A DNA stretch of 64,000 nt from a candidate division WOR-3 bacterium (GCA_039801565.1 JBDRUX010000001.1:51403-115402); one strand, 5' to 3'. Positions 38,635-49,892 are shown, numbered from the stretch's first letter. Notes: a model not told the origin generated them from the sequence alone. Numbers and translations are program-made.

Positions 38635-40218
38635 TTGCCCGGAGCGGGAATCGAACCTTACCTTTCAGCATTATTAAAACCTGATACCTACGGCGAAAAT
38701 GTTAAAGCGGTTCGATTAATTCAAACTCATACTTCCTGGGTCTTTCTTACTGGTGATTTTGCCTATAAGATTAAAAAACCGGTCTTTTTTGGTTTTCTTG
38801 ATTACACAACCTTAGAAGCAAGAAAATTTTTCTGTGAAGAGGAGTATCGGTTGAACCGACGGCTTTCGCCCGAGATCTATTTAGCGGTGCTGCCCGTAGC
38901 TAAAAAAAGTGACGGGAAAATAGTTTTAAGTGAAGATGGTGAGATTATTGACTATGCGGTTAAAATGAGAGAGTTACCCCAAGACCGATTGATGACCGAA
39001 CTTCTAAAGCAAGACAATATCCCCTACTCAACAATTGATGAAATTGCCAAGATTGTTGCTAACTTTCATCAGACCGCTGAGACCGGTCATCGGATTAATC
39101 AATTCGGCAGTATCGAGACGATTAAGTTTAACTGGGATGAGAACTTTGCCCAAACTGAAGAATTTATCAATCGAACCATTAGTCGCCGGACATTTCACTT
39201 GATTAAACGGGCAGTATACAAATTTATGTGGGATAACCAAGACCGATTCGCGCAGCGAATTGAGACGGGTAAAATTCGTCAGTGTCATGGCGACCTCCAT
39301 TCCAAAAACATATTTTTGACCGACAAGGTTTATATCTTTGACGCCATTGAGTTCAATCAAAGATTCGCCTGTTGCGACACTGCTTCCGAGGTAGCTTTTT
39401 TTGTGATGGATTTAGATTATTACGATAAACATCATCTGGCTAATTTTTTTATTGACCGCTATCTACAATATACCAAAGATTATGATTTATTGGCGTTATT
39501 AGATTTTTATAAATGTTATCGGGCTTATGTGCGGGGCAAGGTGACAAGTTTTAACCTTAAGGATAAAGGGATTAGCGCTGATGATAAATTAGTTGCTCAG
39601 AAGACGGCTCAAAAATATTTTCGGTTGGCAGCAAATTATGCCCAAAATCTATTCAGTTCACCAAAGTTAATTGTGATGATTGGACTGCCCGGGGTTGGCA
39701 AGACCCATTTTGCTCAAACCTTGGCTCCGAAAATAAATGCTTACCATTTGCGAACCGATATTATCCGTAAGGAGTTAAGCAATTTACCGCTTGACCAACA
39801 TCACTATACTGGTTATGGCAAAGGAATTTACACCGGTGACATCTCAGCCCGAACTTATGATGAGATGTTTAGTCGGGCACGCCGCTATCTTTCTTACGGC
39901 AAGTCCTGTATATTGGACGCCACATTTTCGATGGAGGCATCTCGCCAAGCTGCGCAAAAAATTGGACAAGAATTTAATGCTAACTTTCTAATGATTGAAT
40001 GTTATTGCCCCAAAAAAATGGTCTTAAAACGGATGCGTAAGCGGGAGCGTAGTTTCGATTTCTCGGATGCCAATCCCGAAGTATATGAAGCAATGCGCAA
40101 ACATTTTGATCCAGTGGCAAGGACTAAAAATGTTATTAAGGTTAATACGGCAAAACCATTAAAACCATATATCAAAAAGATTGTTGCGAAGTTGCGGGAG
40201 GACAAAAGAAATCGGTAA
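38635..40218 (+). CDS. bifunctional phosphotransferase-family (APH/choline-kinase-like) protein fused to a P-loop kinase (AAA_33-like)
   Basis: Brenner-like HGDLHSKN and DxxE motifs in the N-terminal half. Walker A GLPGVGKTH in the C-terminal half. Confidence 0.55.
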   Translation: MPGAGIEPYLSALLKPDTYGENVKAVRLIQTHTSWVFLTGDFAYKIKKPVFFGFLDYTTLEARKFFCEEEYRLNRRLSPEIYLAVLPVAKKSDGKIVLSEDGEIIDYAVKMRELPQDRLMTELLKQDNIPYSTIDEIAKIVANFHQTAETGHRINQFGSIETIKFNWDENFAQTEEFINRTISRRTFHLIKRAVYKFMWDNQDRFAQRIETGKIRQCHGDLHSKNIFLTDKVYIFDAIEFNQRFACCDTASEVAFFVMDLDYYDKHHLANFFIDRYLQYTKDYDLLALLDFYKCYRAYVRGKVTSFNLKDKGISADDKLVAQKTAQKYFRLAANYAQNLFSSPKLIVMIGLPGVGKTHFAQTLAPKINAYHLRTDIIRKELSNLPLDQHHYTGYGKGIYTGDISARTYDEMFSRARRYLSYGKSCILDATFSMEASRQAAQKIGQEFNANFLMIECYCPKKMVLKRMRKRERSFDFSDANPEVYEAMRKHFDPVARTKNVIKVNTAKPLKPYIKKIVAKLREDKRNR

Positions 40219-40966
40219 GGGTCATTATTTCATCTCCGATGCCCATATCAGTAATAATGATTGGCACAATACCAATTTATTGCTCTCATTTTTTGAATCG
40301 ATAAGCAACAAGGCAAAAAGTCTCTTCATTCTCGGCGACCTGTTTGAACTGTGTTTTCGTTATCGGCAGAGAATCCCCGAAACCAACCGCCAAATCTTAA
40401 AACGCTTAAAAGAATTACGAGCGACAGGTATCCCAGTATATTATCTTTTGGGTAATCACGATTATTGGGTACGCGATTTTGTGAGAAACGATGACGAGTT
40501 GAGCGAATTTTTACCAACCGAGCAGACCAACGAAAGCGATGACGGAATTTTAGCCAAAACTTTTCAAATTGCGAATTTAGATGGCAAGAAAGCTTATGTT
40601 GGACATGGCGACGAAATTGACCATTCGATTCTCACGGTATTAAGTCGCACCATCTTAAGAAGTCAATCCAATCCCTTTGTCTATTGTCTACTCCATCCCA
40701 AACTTGGTTTAGCTTATGCCCGTTGGATTGAGAGCGTGGCGCGGAATTTAGCGGATTCAATGGGTGTGGTCGGTAAATTTGAGTCCTTTGCTCAAAAGAA
40801 GATTGTACGCGAAGGCTATGATATAGTTATTTTAGGTCATACCCACAAACCAAGATTTCAAAAAATCGGGGCTGGTTATTATTTAAATACCGGCAATTGG
40901 ATTGATGATTACAACTATGTTGTTATTGAAGATTCCCAACCCCGATTAGAAAAATTCAAACCTTAA
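40181..40966 (+). CDS. calcineurin-like metallophosphoesterase (LpxH-like)
   Basis: Motifs ISDAHI, ILGDLFE, GNHDYW and GHTH. The annotated start overlaps the upstream gene, so the true start is probably slightly downstream. Confidence 0.6.
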   Translation: MLRSCGRTKEIGKGHYFISDAHISNNDWHNTNLLLSFFESISNKAKSLFILGDLFELCFRYRQRIPETNRQILKRLKELRATGIPVYYLLGNHDYWVRDFVRNDDELSEFLPTEQTNESDDGILAKTFQIANLDGKKAYVGHGDEIDHSILTVLSRTILRSQSNPFVYCLLHPKLGLAYARWIESVARNLADSMGVVGKFESFAQKKIVREGYDIVILGHTHKPRFQKIGAGYYLNTGNWIDDYNYVVIEDSQPRLEKFKP

Positions 40967-41016
40967 AACTCCGATTTTCTTGACTCAAACAGTGTAATTC
41001 TATAGAGTATTAAAGA

Positions 41017-43986
41017 ATGAACCAAAAATTGCTAATTATTATTTTAATAACAAATTTGAATGCGATTCAATTGGATGCGAGATTCCTTTCAAAAGCAAAT
41101 CGAGTTATTGAAAATTTTGACGATGGGCAGATTGAACTTTTATCTTATCCGGGTGAGGATATTCAACCTGATGCCTGGATTTTGGATTCGACCAATACCT
41201 ATAATAATTCACTCTATTCGCTCAAATTATACGGCAATACCTGGAAGATTGAGATGATTGATTCGATTGAACTTGATACTAATGATGTTTGGCAGGTAGC
41301 CGGATTTATTGAACAACTTGGCGAAATTCAAGGATTTGGTTTAATGGATTCGGTTAATACTTTATTTTACTCTTTTGCCGGGACCGAACAGTTAAATGTT
41401 CAAAATTGGGTTACCGTTTATCAAGGCGCTTTCCCCTTAAACACCTGGAATATTTACCAACTACCGGTGGGCGAAGATTGGCTCAACTGGTTTGGTTATC
41501 TGCCAATAATTACCGGCATCGTCTTTATCAATGACCGTGACTCTGATACCAGTGCGGTTGCCTATTTTGATGAGATAATTGATATTACTGATGACTTACC
41601 AATCGCACCAAAAGTTGTGATATGGGATTCGATTGGTGAAATCTTGATAAATCGTCAAGGAGTCAAGAGTGTCACTGTTCATTTTTATTCCAAGGTGATT
41701 GACCCGGATAGTTATAGCCATCAATATTTCTGGTATTTTGGTGACGATTCGACCAGCAATGATTCCAATCCGATTCATACTTACATTATCGAAGATGACC
41801 ACGAATATACGGTATTATTAGAAGTCTGCGACAGCACTGGATTATGGGGTAGAGCGACTTGTCAGGTTAGGATTGACCCAGGACCGACCACCTTTCCGAT
41901 CACGATGAATTTTGTTGGTGATATTATGTTGGCAAGAAGATATGAACTGCCTGGTGGCATCATTGATACGCTTGGGGTAGAGGGTATTTTTGAACCAACT
42001 TTACCATATTTGAACAGCGCCGATATCACTGTAGCCAATCTTGAGTCGCCGCTCACCAACCGAGGAACCCGCCATCCAACCAAACCGATTGTATTCCGAG
42101 GTAGGCCAAGTAATGTGGCTGGTTTGGTCTATGCTGGGATTGATATTGTCTCATTGGCAAATAACCATATCATTGATTATGGCTTAGAAGGATTGCAACA
42201 GACCCAAAGTGTCTTGGCCGAAAATAATATTTTATATTCTGGTGCTGGAGCAAATTCTTATGAGGCATATCTACCTTTATTTAAATTAAAATCCGGGGTC
42301 AATATTGGATTTTTAGCCTATAGTGACCGGACTGGTCAATATGATAACTATCAACCCTATTTGAATGCTGGCTTTAATAAACCAGGCTTTGCCAATCTTG
42401 ATACCTTTTATCTTGTCCGCAATATCAGTAATATCCGAGAAGATGCGGATTTGATTGTAGTTGAGATGCATTCGGGCAGTGAGTACTCATTAGTGCCTCA
42501 ACCATTGAACCCTTTAAGTGATGAATTCTATTCCCCAACATTTTTAATCCCTTGCACCAGTGACATCCGGGTTCGACGCTTGGCAATTGATGCTGGGGCG
42601 GATTTGGTTGTCTGTCATCACCCCCATATCATCCAAGGCTTTGAAGTCTATAACGGTAAATTGATTGCTCACTCTTTAGGCAATTTCTGCTTTGACTTAG
42701 ATTATCCCGAGACCTATCCTTCAATGATTCTTTCGGCTAAAATTAATGGAACCGGATTTTATGAATACTCAGTAATTCCGGTCTATATTGACGATTATAT
42801 TCCGGTCCGTGCCCAAGGTGAATTGGGTATTCATATCCTTGACTATCTGGCAAGACGGTCAAAAGAATTAAAGACCTATTTGATTGTTGACCGGGATAGT
42901 GTTATGGCAAAGATTGTCCTTGACACCTTAACCCTAAACCCAGTTGTCAATTCTTATGACCAAGAATTACAATTGAAAGAAGAGAATGGGTATTGGGTGT
43001 CACAACCAATTAGGCTACCGCGAAATGGCAGTATCGCGAAGATTCTTGCCATTATGCCAGAAAGAGATTGGCAATTCCGTTTGGGTAGGGACTTGACTTG
43101 GTTTTGGTGCGGAAATTTTGAAGATGAAGGCTCGTCGCTTTGGTTAATTAATCAAACCGATGAGTTTTATGATACGGTTGCCTATCAAGGTCAAAGGTCA
43201 TTATGCCAAAGACGGCAAGCTGGTTCAAATCCAATTGTCACAAACCTTGAAGACCGGATTATCTGTTATTCGGATTCTACTGCTTATACGCTTTATGGTA
43301 ACATCAAGACCCAAAATAGCGACAGTGCTTTGATTCAAGTTCGATTTTATCGGTCAAGGACTTCGGGTTATAATGGAGCGGTTAACCTTGATACAACAAT
43401 AAATGGGACGAACAATTGGGAATTTTATTACAATGAATTTGTTCCAAATACTGAAACCCAATTCTTTGATATTATATTACAAAGCAGTGCACCGGATTCG
43501 GGTATTGGCTACACTTGGTTTGACAATGTTGGGATAATTGAATGGGAAGCTTGGCAGGAATTTGATAGCACACAGATATCAACCCCGAACGATTTTTATT
43601 GGCTTCAAATTAGAACCGACGAAGCGATTGACAGCGCAAGAATATCCTATCAAGAAATAGATTACAACCCACAGGTTGAAATTACGGATAATAAAAAGAC
43701 TAAGATTAGCTTTAAATCGTTACAATGTTTTCCCAATCCATTTAAGAACAAGATAAAGATTAGTTGGCAGATAAAAGAATTCGGAATTCAAAATTCAAAA
43801 TTCGAAATTAAAATTTATGACGCAATGGGTAGGTTAGTCTTAAGTCACAAGTTACCAGCTACGGCCAATTATTTTGTCTGGGATGGCAAAGATAGTTACG
43901 GAAAAGAGTTAGGTCCAGGAATCTATTTCTGCCGATTCCAGGCTGGCAACTATCAGCAATCGAGAAAACTTATCTTACTCAAATAA
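41017..43986 (+). CDS. secreted CapA/PGA_cap-family metallophosphatase with PKD-like domain and T9SS C-terminal sorting domain
   Basis: PKD-like YFWYFGDDSTSNDSNPIHTY. CapA motifs VGDIMLARR, NLESPLT, ANNHIIDYG and VVCHHPHIIQG. C-terminal CFPNPFKNKIKISW...IYDAMGRLV...GIYFCRF...KLILLK is typical of Por/T9SS CTDs. Confidence 0.65.
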   Translation: MNQKLLIIILITNLNAIQLDARFLSKANRVIENFDDGQIELLSYPGEDIQPDAWILDSTNTYNNSLYSLKLYGNTWKIEMIDSIELDTNDVWQVAGFIEQLGEIQGFGLMDSVNTLFYSFAGTEQLNVQNWVTVYQGAFPLNTWNIYQLPVGEDWLNWFGYLPIITGIVFINDRDSDTSAVAYFDEIIDITDDLPIAPKVVIWDSIGEILINRQGVKSVTVHFYSKVIDPDSYSHQYFWYFGDDSTSNDSNPIHTYIIEDDHEYTVLLEVCDSTGLWGRATCQVRIDPGPTTFPITMNFVGDIMLARRYELPGGIIDTLGVEGIFEPTLPYLNSADITVANLESPLTNRGTRHPTKPIVFRGRPSNVAGLVYAGIDIVSLANNHIIDYGLEGLQQTQSVLAENNILYSGAGANSYEAYLPLFKLKSGVNIGFLAYSDRTGQYDNYQPYLNAGFNKPGFANLDTFYLVRNISNIREDADLIVVEMHSGSEYSLVPQPLNPLSDEFYSPTFLIPCTSDIRVRRLAIDAGADLVVCHHPHIIQGFEVYNGKLIAHSLGNFCFDLDYPETYPSMILSAKINGTGFYEYSVIPVYIDDYIPVRAQGELGIHILDYLARRSKELKTYLIVDRDSVMAKIVLDTLTLNPVVNSYDQELQLKEENGYWVSQPIRLPRNGSIAKILAIMPERDWQFRLGRDLTWFWCGNFEDEGSSLWLINQTDEFYDTVAYQGQRSLCQRRQAGSNPIVTNLEDRIICYSDSTAYTLYGNIKTQNSDSALIQVRFYRSRTSGYNGAVNLDTTINGTNNWEFYYNEFVPNTETQFFDIILQSSAPDSGIGYTWFDNVGIIEWEAWQEFDSTQISTPNDFYWLQIRTDEAIDSARISYQEIDYNPQVEITDNKKTKISFKSLQCFPNPFKNKIKISWQIKEFGIQNSKFEIKIYDAMGRLVLSHKLPATANYFVWDGKDSYGKELGPGIYFCRFQAGNYQQSRKLILLK

Positions 43987-44190
43987 CCAAATTTTCTTCT
44001 TTCAGATTTTTCGATTCGAGTTGAACCCCTCTCCACTAATTACCCAATAGCAATGGGCTTTTTCCCAAAAGAAGTTTGGGTCGTTTTGTTTCTGAAATTT
44101 TGCTAATTCTTTTATTTAAGAAATAGGGTTCATTCGTTAATAATCATTTAACCTATTGATTTTTCATATCTAATGTTCTCTTGACATATC

Positions 44191-44430
44191 ATAGGGGGCT
44201 AGCCCTGGGCTACCTTATGGCTATCTCGTAGGTAGTATAGGGAGCGGTATTCGGGGTAGGTCTCGGGCTTGTCTCATGGGTAGTCTAGATATTTGGCACA
44301 GGGAAAGTGTCGAAGGCGAGTTTGGCGGTTGATTCGGAAGGTGGTTGAGAAGTGGGTTTGTCTCTAGGCAGGTATATTGGCGGGAGGACCGGCTTGGAAG
44401 GTAGCGGATAGGTTGACTCGTAATCGGAAA
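44191..44430 (+). repeat. Copy D (diverged) of the dispersed 12-nt periodic repeat family
   Basis: Head ATAGGGGGCTAGCCCTGGGCTACC, then tcgtaggtagtatagggagcgg and a G-rich array with 12-nt periodicity. Lies between the convergent CapA-like gene and dnaA. Confidence 0.45.
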
Positions 44431-44922
44431 GGGAATCTCTAAAAGGTAAACTGATAGGGTTGGAACGAAGCAGGTCGAAAAAAGAAGCTGGCTAGGGAGC
44501 CGCTTGTTACAAAAAGACCGATTAGTTCGAAAAGTACAGATGTCCTGAAAAGTAAGATACCAACAGAACTTTATTAGTTTATTACTTCTGTCGAAGAGAA
44601 TATAATTGGATAATCCTTTGGTAAGAAAGAAAAAATTTTTCCAAAGCACTGATATGGTTCTTTTACGGTTGGTTCAATGGCGAGTTGAGTATTTGTAAAA
44701 GTTAATCATAATCTTGTAGCAAAAATTCTATTATTTTAAATACTAATAAATAATAGGTTGTTGTTATTGTAATGTGAATTGTGAATATAATTTAATTATT
44801 ATAACATCGAATTGTTTAACTGATTGATTTTTAGTGACATACATCTCGACATATTTATTATTAGTACCGGTGGGGTGGTTTAAGGTAGTGGAAATCTTGT
44901 GAATGAACCCAAAAGGAAAGAT

Positions 44923-46383
44923 TTAAACCAGATATCCATAATTTATCCACTGAGTTATCTTTTTGATTTTATCATCAAAATCTGGTCTACGGCGCCTTTC
45001 TTGTTCGATTTTTTGACAGGCGTGAAGAACTGTAGTATGGTCACGGCCGCCAAAGTAGTCGCCGATGTCTTTAAGAGTGTAATTGAGAATTTGGCGCATC
45101 AAATACATTGCGACCTGCCTTGCTTCGACCTCAACTTTAGTTTTTTGGCGCGTCCTGATTTTACTCGGACTTATATTATATTCATTAGCGGTAGCTTGGA
45201 CTATTTGGTCGGCGGTAATTTTAACGGTTGGGGGTATAATTGCTTTCAACACTGCCTCTACTTGTCCCTTAGTAATTGGTTCGGACCGAATGGAACTCAT
45301 TGCTATCAGTCGGATTAATACACCTTCTAATAGCCTAATATTGGTAGTTACTCGCGAGGCAATTAGATAAGCTATGTCTTGACTTATCGGAAAACCTTCC
45401 TCTTCAGCTTTTCTTTTAATTATTGCTATTCTCGTTTCTAACTCCGGCGGTTGAATATCCACAACTAACCCGGCTTGTAATCTTGAGGCTAACCTTTCTT
45501 CGATAGTTGGAATCTCGTAGGGTGGACGGTCTGAAGTGAATGCCACTTGCTTACCAGCTTGATGTAAATAATTAAACAAATGGAAAATTTCTTCTTGTAA
45601 CCGTTCCTTACCTTTTAGATAATGAATATCATCAATTAACAATATATCACAGGACCGGTACCGTTGTTTAAAAGACAGGGTATTACCTCGGCCAATTGCT
45701 TGGATTAATTCGATGAAAAGATTTTCTGCGGGGGTATAGAGTATTTTCAAAAGAGGGTTAATTTTTTTAGCATGGTTACCTATTGCCTGAAGCAAATGGG
45801 TCTTACCTAACCCTACGCCTCCATATATAAACAGGGGATTATAACTTCGTGCCGGAGATTCAGCCACTGCTTTTGCCGAGGCATACGCTAAGCGGTTGCT
45901 TTCACCCACGATAAAATTACTAAATGTATATCGTTCATTAATATTATCCAACCCCTGAACCTTATACTTAAACGCTTCAATCTCATCTTTAAACTCTTGG
46001 GTCACTTCATTAGCTGCCACAAAACAAACCTTTATTGGTTGGTCCGAAACTTTTTTAACAGCAAGCTCAATCATTTTTAGATAGTACTGGCTGATCCAAT
46101 CAATAAAAAAATGGTTTGGGGTTTGCACGGTTAAGATATTATTTTTCATAGAGATGCCTTTAGTGGGTAGTAGCCAAGTTGTAAAACCTTCCTTGTTGGT
46201 CAATTCAGAACTTAATACGTTAAGGACCTTATCCCAGAAAAGACGGGCTATATCGTATTCGGACACTGTCCCGGACCCATCATTAACAGAATTAGCTTTA
46301 AGCTCCGTACTTGAAAACCCAAATTCGTAACTGGAATTTGGAGTATTTTCCATTTTTCCTGGCTGATTCAAAATAGTATCCAT
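44923..46383 (-). CDS. dnaA: chromosomal replication initiator protein DnaA
   Basis: AAA+ Walker A GGVGLGKTHLL, LLIDDIH, and the C-terminal DNA-binding signature DIGDYFGGRDHTTVLHA. Confidence 0.9.
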   Translation of the reverse strand: MDTILNQPGKMENTPNSSYEFGFSSTELKANSVNDGSGTVSEYDIARLFWDKVLNVLSSELTNKEGFTTWLLPTKGISMKNNILTVQTPNHFFIDWISQYYLKMIELAVKKVSDQPIKVCFVAANEVTQEFKDEIEAFKYKVQGLDNINERYTFSNFIVGESNRLAYASAKAVAESPARSYNPLFIYGGVGLGKTHLLQAIGNHAKKINPLLKILYTPAENLFIELIQAIGRGNTLSFKQRYRSCDILLIDDIHYLKGKERLQEEIFHLFNYLHQAGKQVAFTSDRPPYEIPTIEERLASRLQAGLVVDIQPPELETRIAIIKRKAEEEGFPISQDIAYLIASRVTTNIRLLEGVLIRLIAMSSIRSEPITKGQVEAVLKAIIPPTVKITADQIVQATANEYNISPSKIRTRQKTKVEVEARQVAMYLMRQILNYTLKDIGDYFGGRDHTTVLHACQKIEQERRRRPDFDDKIKKITQWINYGYLV

Positions 46384-46455
46384 TTTCTTATCCTTACCAC
46401 GGGTTGATATTACAAAAATTAATTTTAGAAAAAATCATTGCTCGGCGCACGGACG

Positions 46456-46540
46456 ATATCCACACAGATATCCACAAAGTTCGAATATTTAAGTTTCTGA
46501 TAATTCGAGACTTAATCATCAGAACCAGAAATTTCCACAA
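46456..46540. promoter_or_regulatory. cluster of three DnaA-box-like 9-mers (ATATCCACA x2, TTTCCACAA) immediately upstream of dnaA; oriC / dnaA promoter candidate
   Basis: Boxes at 46456-46464, 46468-46476 and 46532-46540 match the TTATCCACA consensus at 8/9 or 7/9 positions. An AT-rich stretch follows at about 46560-46640. Confidence 0.45.
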
Positions 46541-47972
46541 ATCGTTTTTCATTGTCTTTCTTTGTATGATATAATATTTAAAAAAAGCTATTAGTCAAGT
46601 TACAATATTGAAACTAATTTTTCAATGTTACGCCGGTGGGGTTAAAAATGTCATACCTCTTTGCAATGTTAAACAATCCCTAAAGAGGTATTCAAATTTT
46701 CTCTTTCTTCTACGGCGCGCGGGGATGGTGTTTTAAGGATAACAATCCTAAATTCGGTTAGTGCCTGACCTATTTGCGCTGGCTCAGCCTCGGATACTTT
46801 TGATAATTAAATCAGTATAAAGGGTCTCGAACGTGCCGTATTTTCTACCGTTTTTAGAGCAAGCGTATTTTCCCAGTGGTTAAGAAATTCTGGCGACAAG
46901 ATGTTTTTCGGAGTTGGTCATTAAAGAAGAAGTAAATTTAATTTTTTCATCAATAGCTGGTATCTAATAATGATTTTAAGGAAAAACATCTTTCCGAACT
47001 AATTTGCCGAATTTTCCAGTTTCAAGTCTTTTTGGGATATCGTTTCTGTTTGATACTTTAGGGTATGAGGATGGTGGGTAGTGTTTTATGAGAGATGGTG
47101 ACGGCCTATTTTTAAAAATTAAGCTAAATGGCAATAATTGATTATTGGGTTCGTTCCTTAATTACTTAAATTTCTTTTCTAATTTCGATGGTGGTTTTAT
47201 TGCAAAGTGGTTTGTGCGTTTTTAATATCGGTCAATATTGCGCTTCTATTCCTTAGTCGATATGCTGTTTTGCTGGCTTTTGCATTTACCTTTTAAACAA
47301 CTTCGTTAACTACCACGAGACAAACCTTAGCGCTCGGTCAGAAATTTTTAATAGCATTCTTAAAATAGTGGCAAACCAAGGAACGAAAATTAGAAATTGC
47401 CGGTGGGGCGATACTTTAATCCAGCCGGTTTCTTAATCCAGTTTTTAAGAATAAAATTAAGTGGAAAGCCACTCAAGAGGACATTGCTGAGATAGATTGG
47501 CCCTTGTGAGAAATCGAATGATAACTGATTTGTGGTTACAGAAGGTATTATTGGAACTTAAGTTATTAATTTAGTTAGGGTCATCAATAATACTCCCTGT
47601 TTTACATAAGCTTAAAAAATTTAATTATTAAACCATAAGACACAGAATCGAAACGGCAGTTTACTTTTCGGCTATTGGTTTTTATGCCCCAGGTGAGCCA
47701 AAAGCCAACAAAAATTTTTGACAACAAAGTGAACAAATGTTTCACGTGAAACATTTAATGAATTAAAGTTAAGATTCTTCTGTCTTGTAGTCTTGATATG
47801 GGCTTATCTCCAATTTAGTTGGGGATTTTTAGAATAAAGTATTCCGTATCTGAAGTCAATAAACTCGCTGTTTGATATACTTATAATTGTTTATCTCTTC
47901 TAATCCACTGGGGTTAATTCAGATACTCGCTATCAGCCTGGGCACAATGATACTTAATATTTACGGATCCTA

Positions 47973-48440
47973 TTAATCCCTCGATTGAAATCCGCTACCA
48001 CTATTTAATATCTTCTCGCTCCGACCTGCGTCCATCCAAACCACCTGTTCCGTCTTGTAATCTAATACCGCGGTCAAATACTTATGTCTATGCCAAATCG
48101 CAATCTCATCAATAGCCAAAATCCTTAAACCCCTATAGTCCACTTCGCCAAATTCCTCTTGCAATGCCTACTTGTATCAATCTCTTTCACTGTTTTCCAA
48201 CTAATCCTAAATGCTCTGCAACCTCTTTAGCGCTCATATGCTTACATAAAGCGGGAATGCACCCGGAGATAAACTTTGGAAGTAGCAAGATTCAAATTCC
48301 TAATTGCTCGGTTGGTATGAGAATGAATTTCCATCTACCTTGGGCGGATTTCGGACAAAGGGTACAAAGTGGAGTAAAGCGGCGATCCGAAGTAAAATTG
48401 ATGATTGCCTTTAAACAATTTTTTCTACTGACTGCCCAAT
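47973..48440 (-). pseudogene. frameshifted remnant of an ISL3-family transposase
   Basis: The minus-strand translation gives SAKEVAEHLGL..WKTVKEID followed, in another frame, by YRGLRILAIDEIAIWHRHKYLTAVLDYKTEQVVWMDAGRSEKIL. These match the ISL3 motifs (W-x-TV ... IDE-x-A ... H-x-Y-x-T-v-v-D ... GR). Stops occur in all frames around it. Confidence 0.45.
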
Positions 48441-49607
48441 AATTTTACGGAGGTAATAAGGGAAGTATGTTTTGATATTTGCAACAGGTAATTTGGTTGC
48501 CTCACTTTAATTATAGACGCATATTTGTAATCTCAGATAATTACATCACCTTTAATTTCCAACTTTTTGGATAATAACCAAATTTATAAGCTCTTCTTAA
48601 TTAAGTATGAAAACAATGTGTTAGACGAGATGGGTTTTAAAATTTGGGATATTTTCGCCGTAAGTGTTTTTAATTTAATTACTTATATATTCTTCAAACT
48701 TAACTGCTTGTTCTAACTTCCTTGCGTGCTCCGTGAGACGAACTCGCGGATTTTCTCGACAGTAATCAATTGGATATAAATAAGTGGCAGCGCGGGAGAC
48801 GCTTGTAATTGTAGTAATCACTCCAACGTCCCATAGCCGCTAAAGCCTTGTAGCAACTCCCTAAATCTTCTACAGTTAAACCTTCGTCACAATGAGTCCG
48901 ATGCAATCTTTCCGATCGACTATTAGACTCAGGATGCGCTACACGAGTCTTAACATCAATTGAGCCTTGAGCCCGTTAAGTTAACGTTCCGCCCGCAGCG
49001 TCAAGGTGAAATTCCGATGCTCAGGAACCCGACTATAAAATTATTCCATAATATCTACCAAGCAATACCAACGCGGTAAAATAAAAAAGATACATCAACT
49101 TTATATCCAAAACTTAATCCAAGTGGTTTGACTAAAGCAGTCTTACTAAACTTTGCTTTGCGGTCTCTCTTCGGCATAAGAGGTTATACTCATTTAAAAT
49201 CCGATAATGTCGAAGATAAACTACATCGTTTTCATCTACCGGCTACTATACCGTCTACTAAGGTCGGTCGTTTATTATGACTTGTGGTGTTGGAAAGTAT
49301 TGGTCGGCTTATTGTTTGTCTCAAAAGCAACAATAAATCCACTCTTATCCGTCGCACAAATTTGAGCATTGCAAGTCCGTTTTATCATCCTATTACCCAT
49401 CAATATAAACCGATAATCCTAATCAACTAACAAAACCTGGATCTTCGCCAGCAGTAACTGTTCCTATTCATTCTTGACCAATTTTCTTTCGCCGCTCTTG
49501 AATCTTGCCTACATCCGCAATCCTCTGTTCTGACTTTACCAGCGAAACATCAATCTGAATCTTTATCCTATTTTAGGAAAGACCTCTGCGGAGATAAGAC
49601 CAAGAAA

Positions 49608-49892
49608 CTAATTTACAGATTTCTTATATTCGGCAAGCCAAAGCTTTGCCTTACCTTTAAGGACTTTTAAGATTTTATCGAGGTCTTTTTGCTCAATTAA
49701 GATTACGCCGGGTAAAATTCTTTGATGCGGGATTTGGGCTAAAATTCCAGCTCTTGAATACCGGTACTTACCAAACTGAGAGAAGTCGGTATAACCATAG
49801 AGCTTACGGCGGATTTTTATGGCTTGGGTTGGGGTTAAGTTGCTTTTCATTTTAAAGGCGACAAGCAATAAATTAGCATTTACTTTTTTCAT
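49608..49892 (-). CDS. hypothetical protein
   Basis: 94-aa ORF with no recognisable motifs. Sits at the edge of the gene-poor region. Confidence 0.3.
   Translation of the reverse strand: MKKVNANLLLVAFKMKSNLTPTQAIKIRRKLYGYTDFSQFGKYRYSRAGILAQIPHQRILPGVILIEQKDLDKILKVLKGKAKLWLAEYKKSVN

Noticed and set aside
44221-44649. 142-aa minus-strand ORF
   Set aside because: It overlaps repeat copy D antisense, is proline/serine-rich low complexity, and has no motifs. It is likely spurious.
46384-49607. rRNA operon or other large structured RNA in the 3.2-kb ORF-free region next to dnaA
   Set aside because: I looked for conserved 16S/23S/5S blocks and tRNA-like stems and found none. The region instead yields transposase-like peptides in multiple frames, consistent with decayed mobile DNA.
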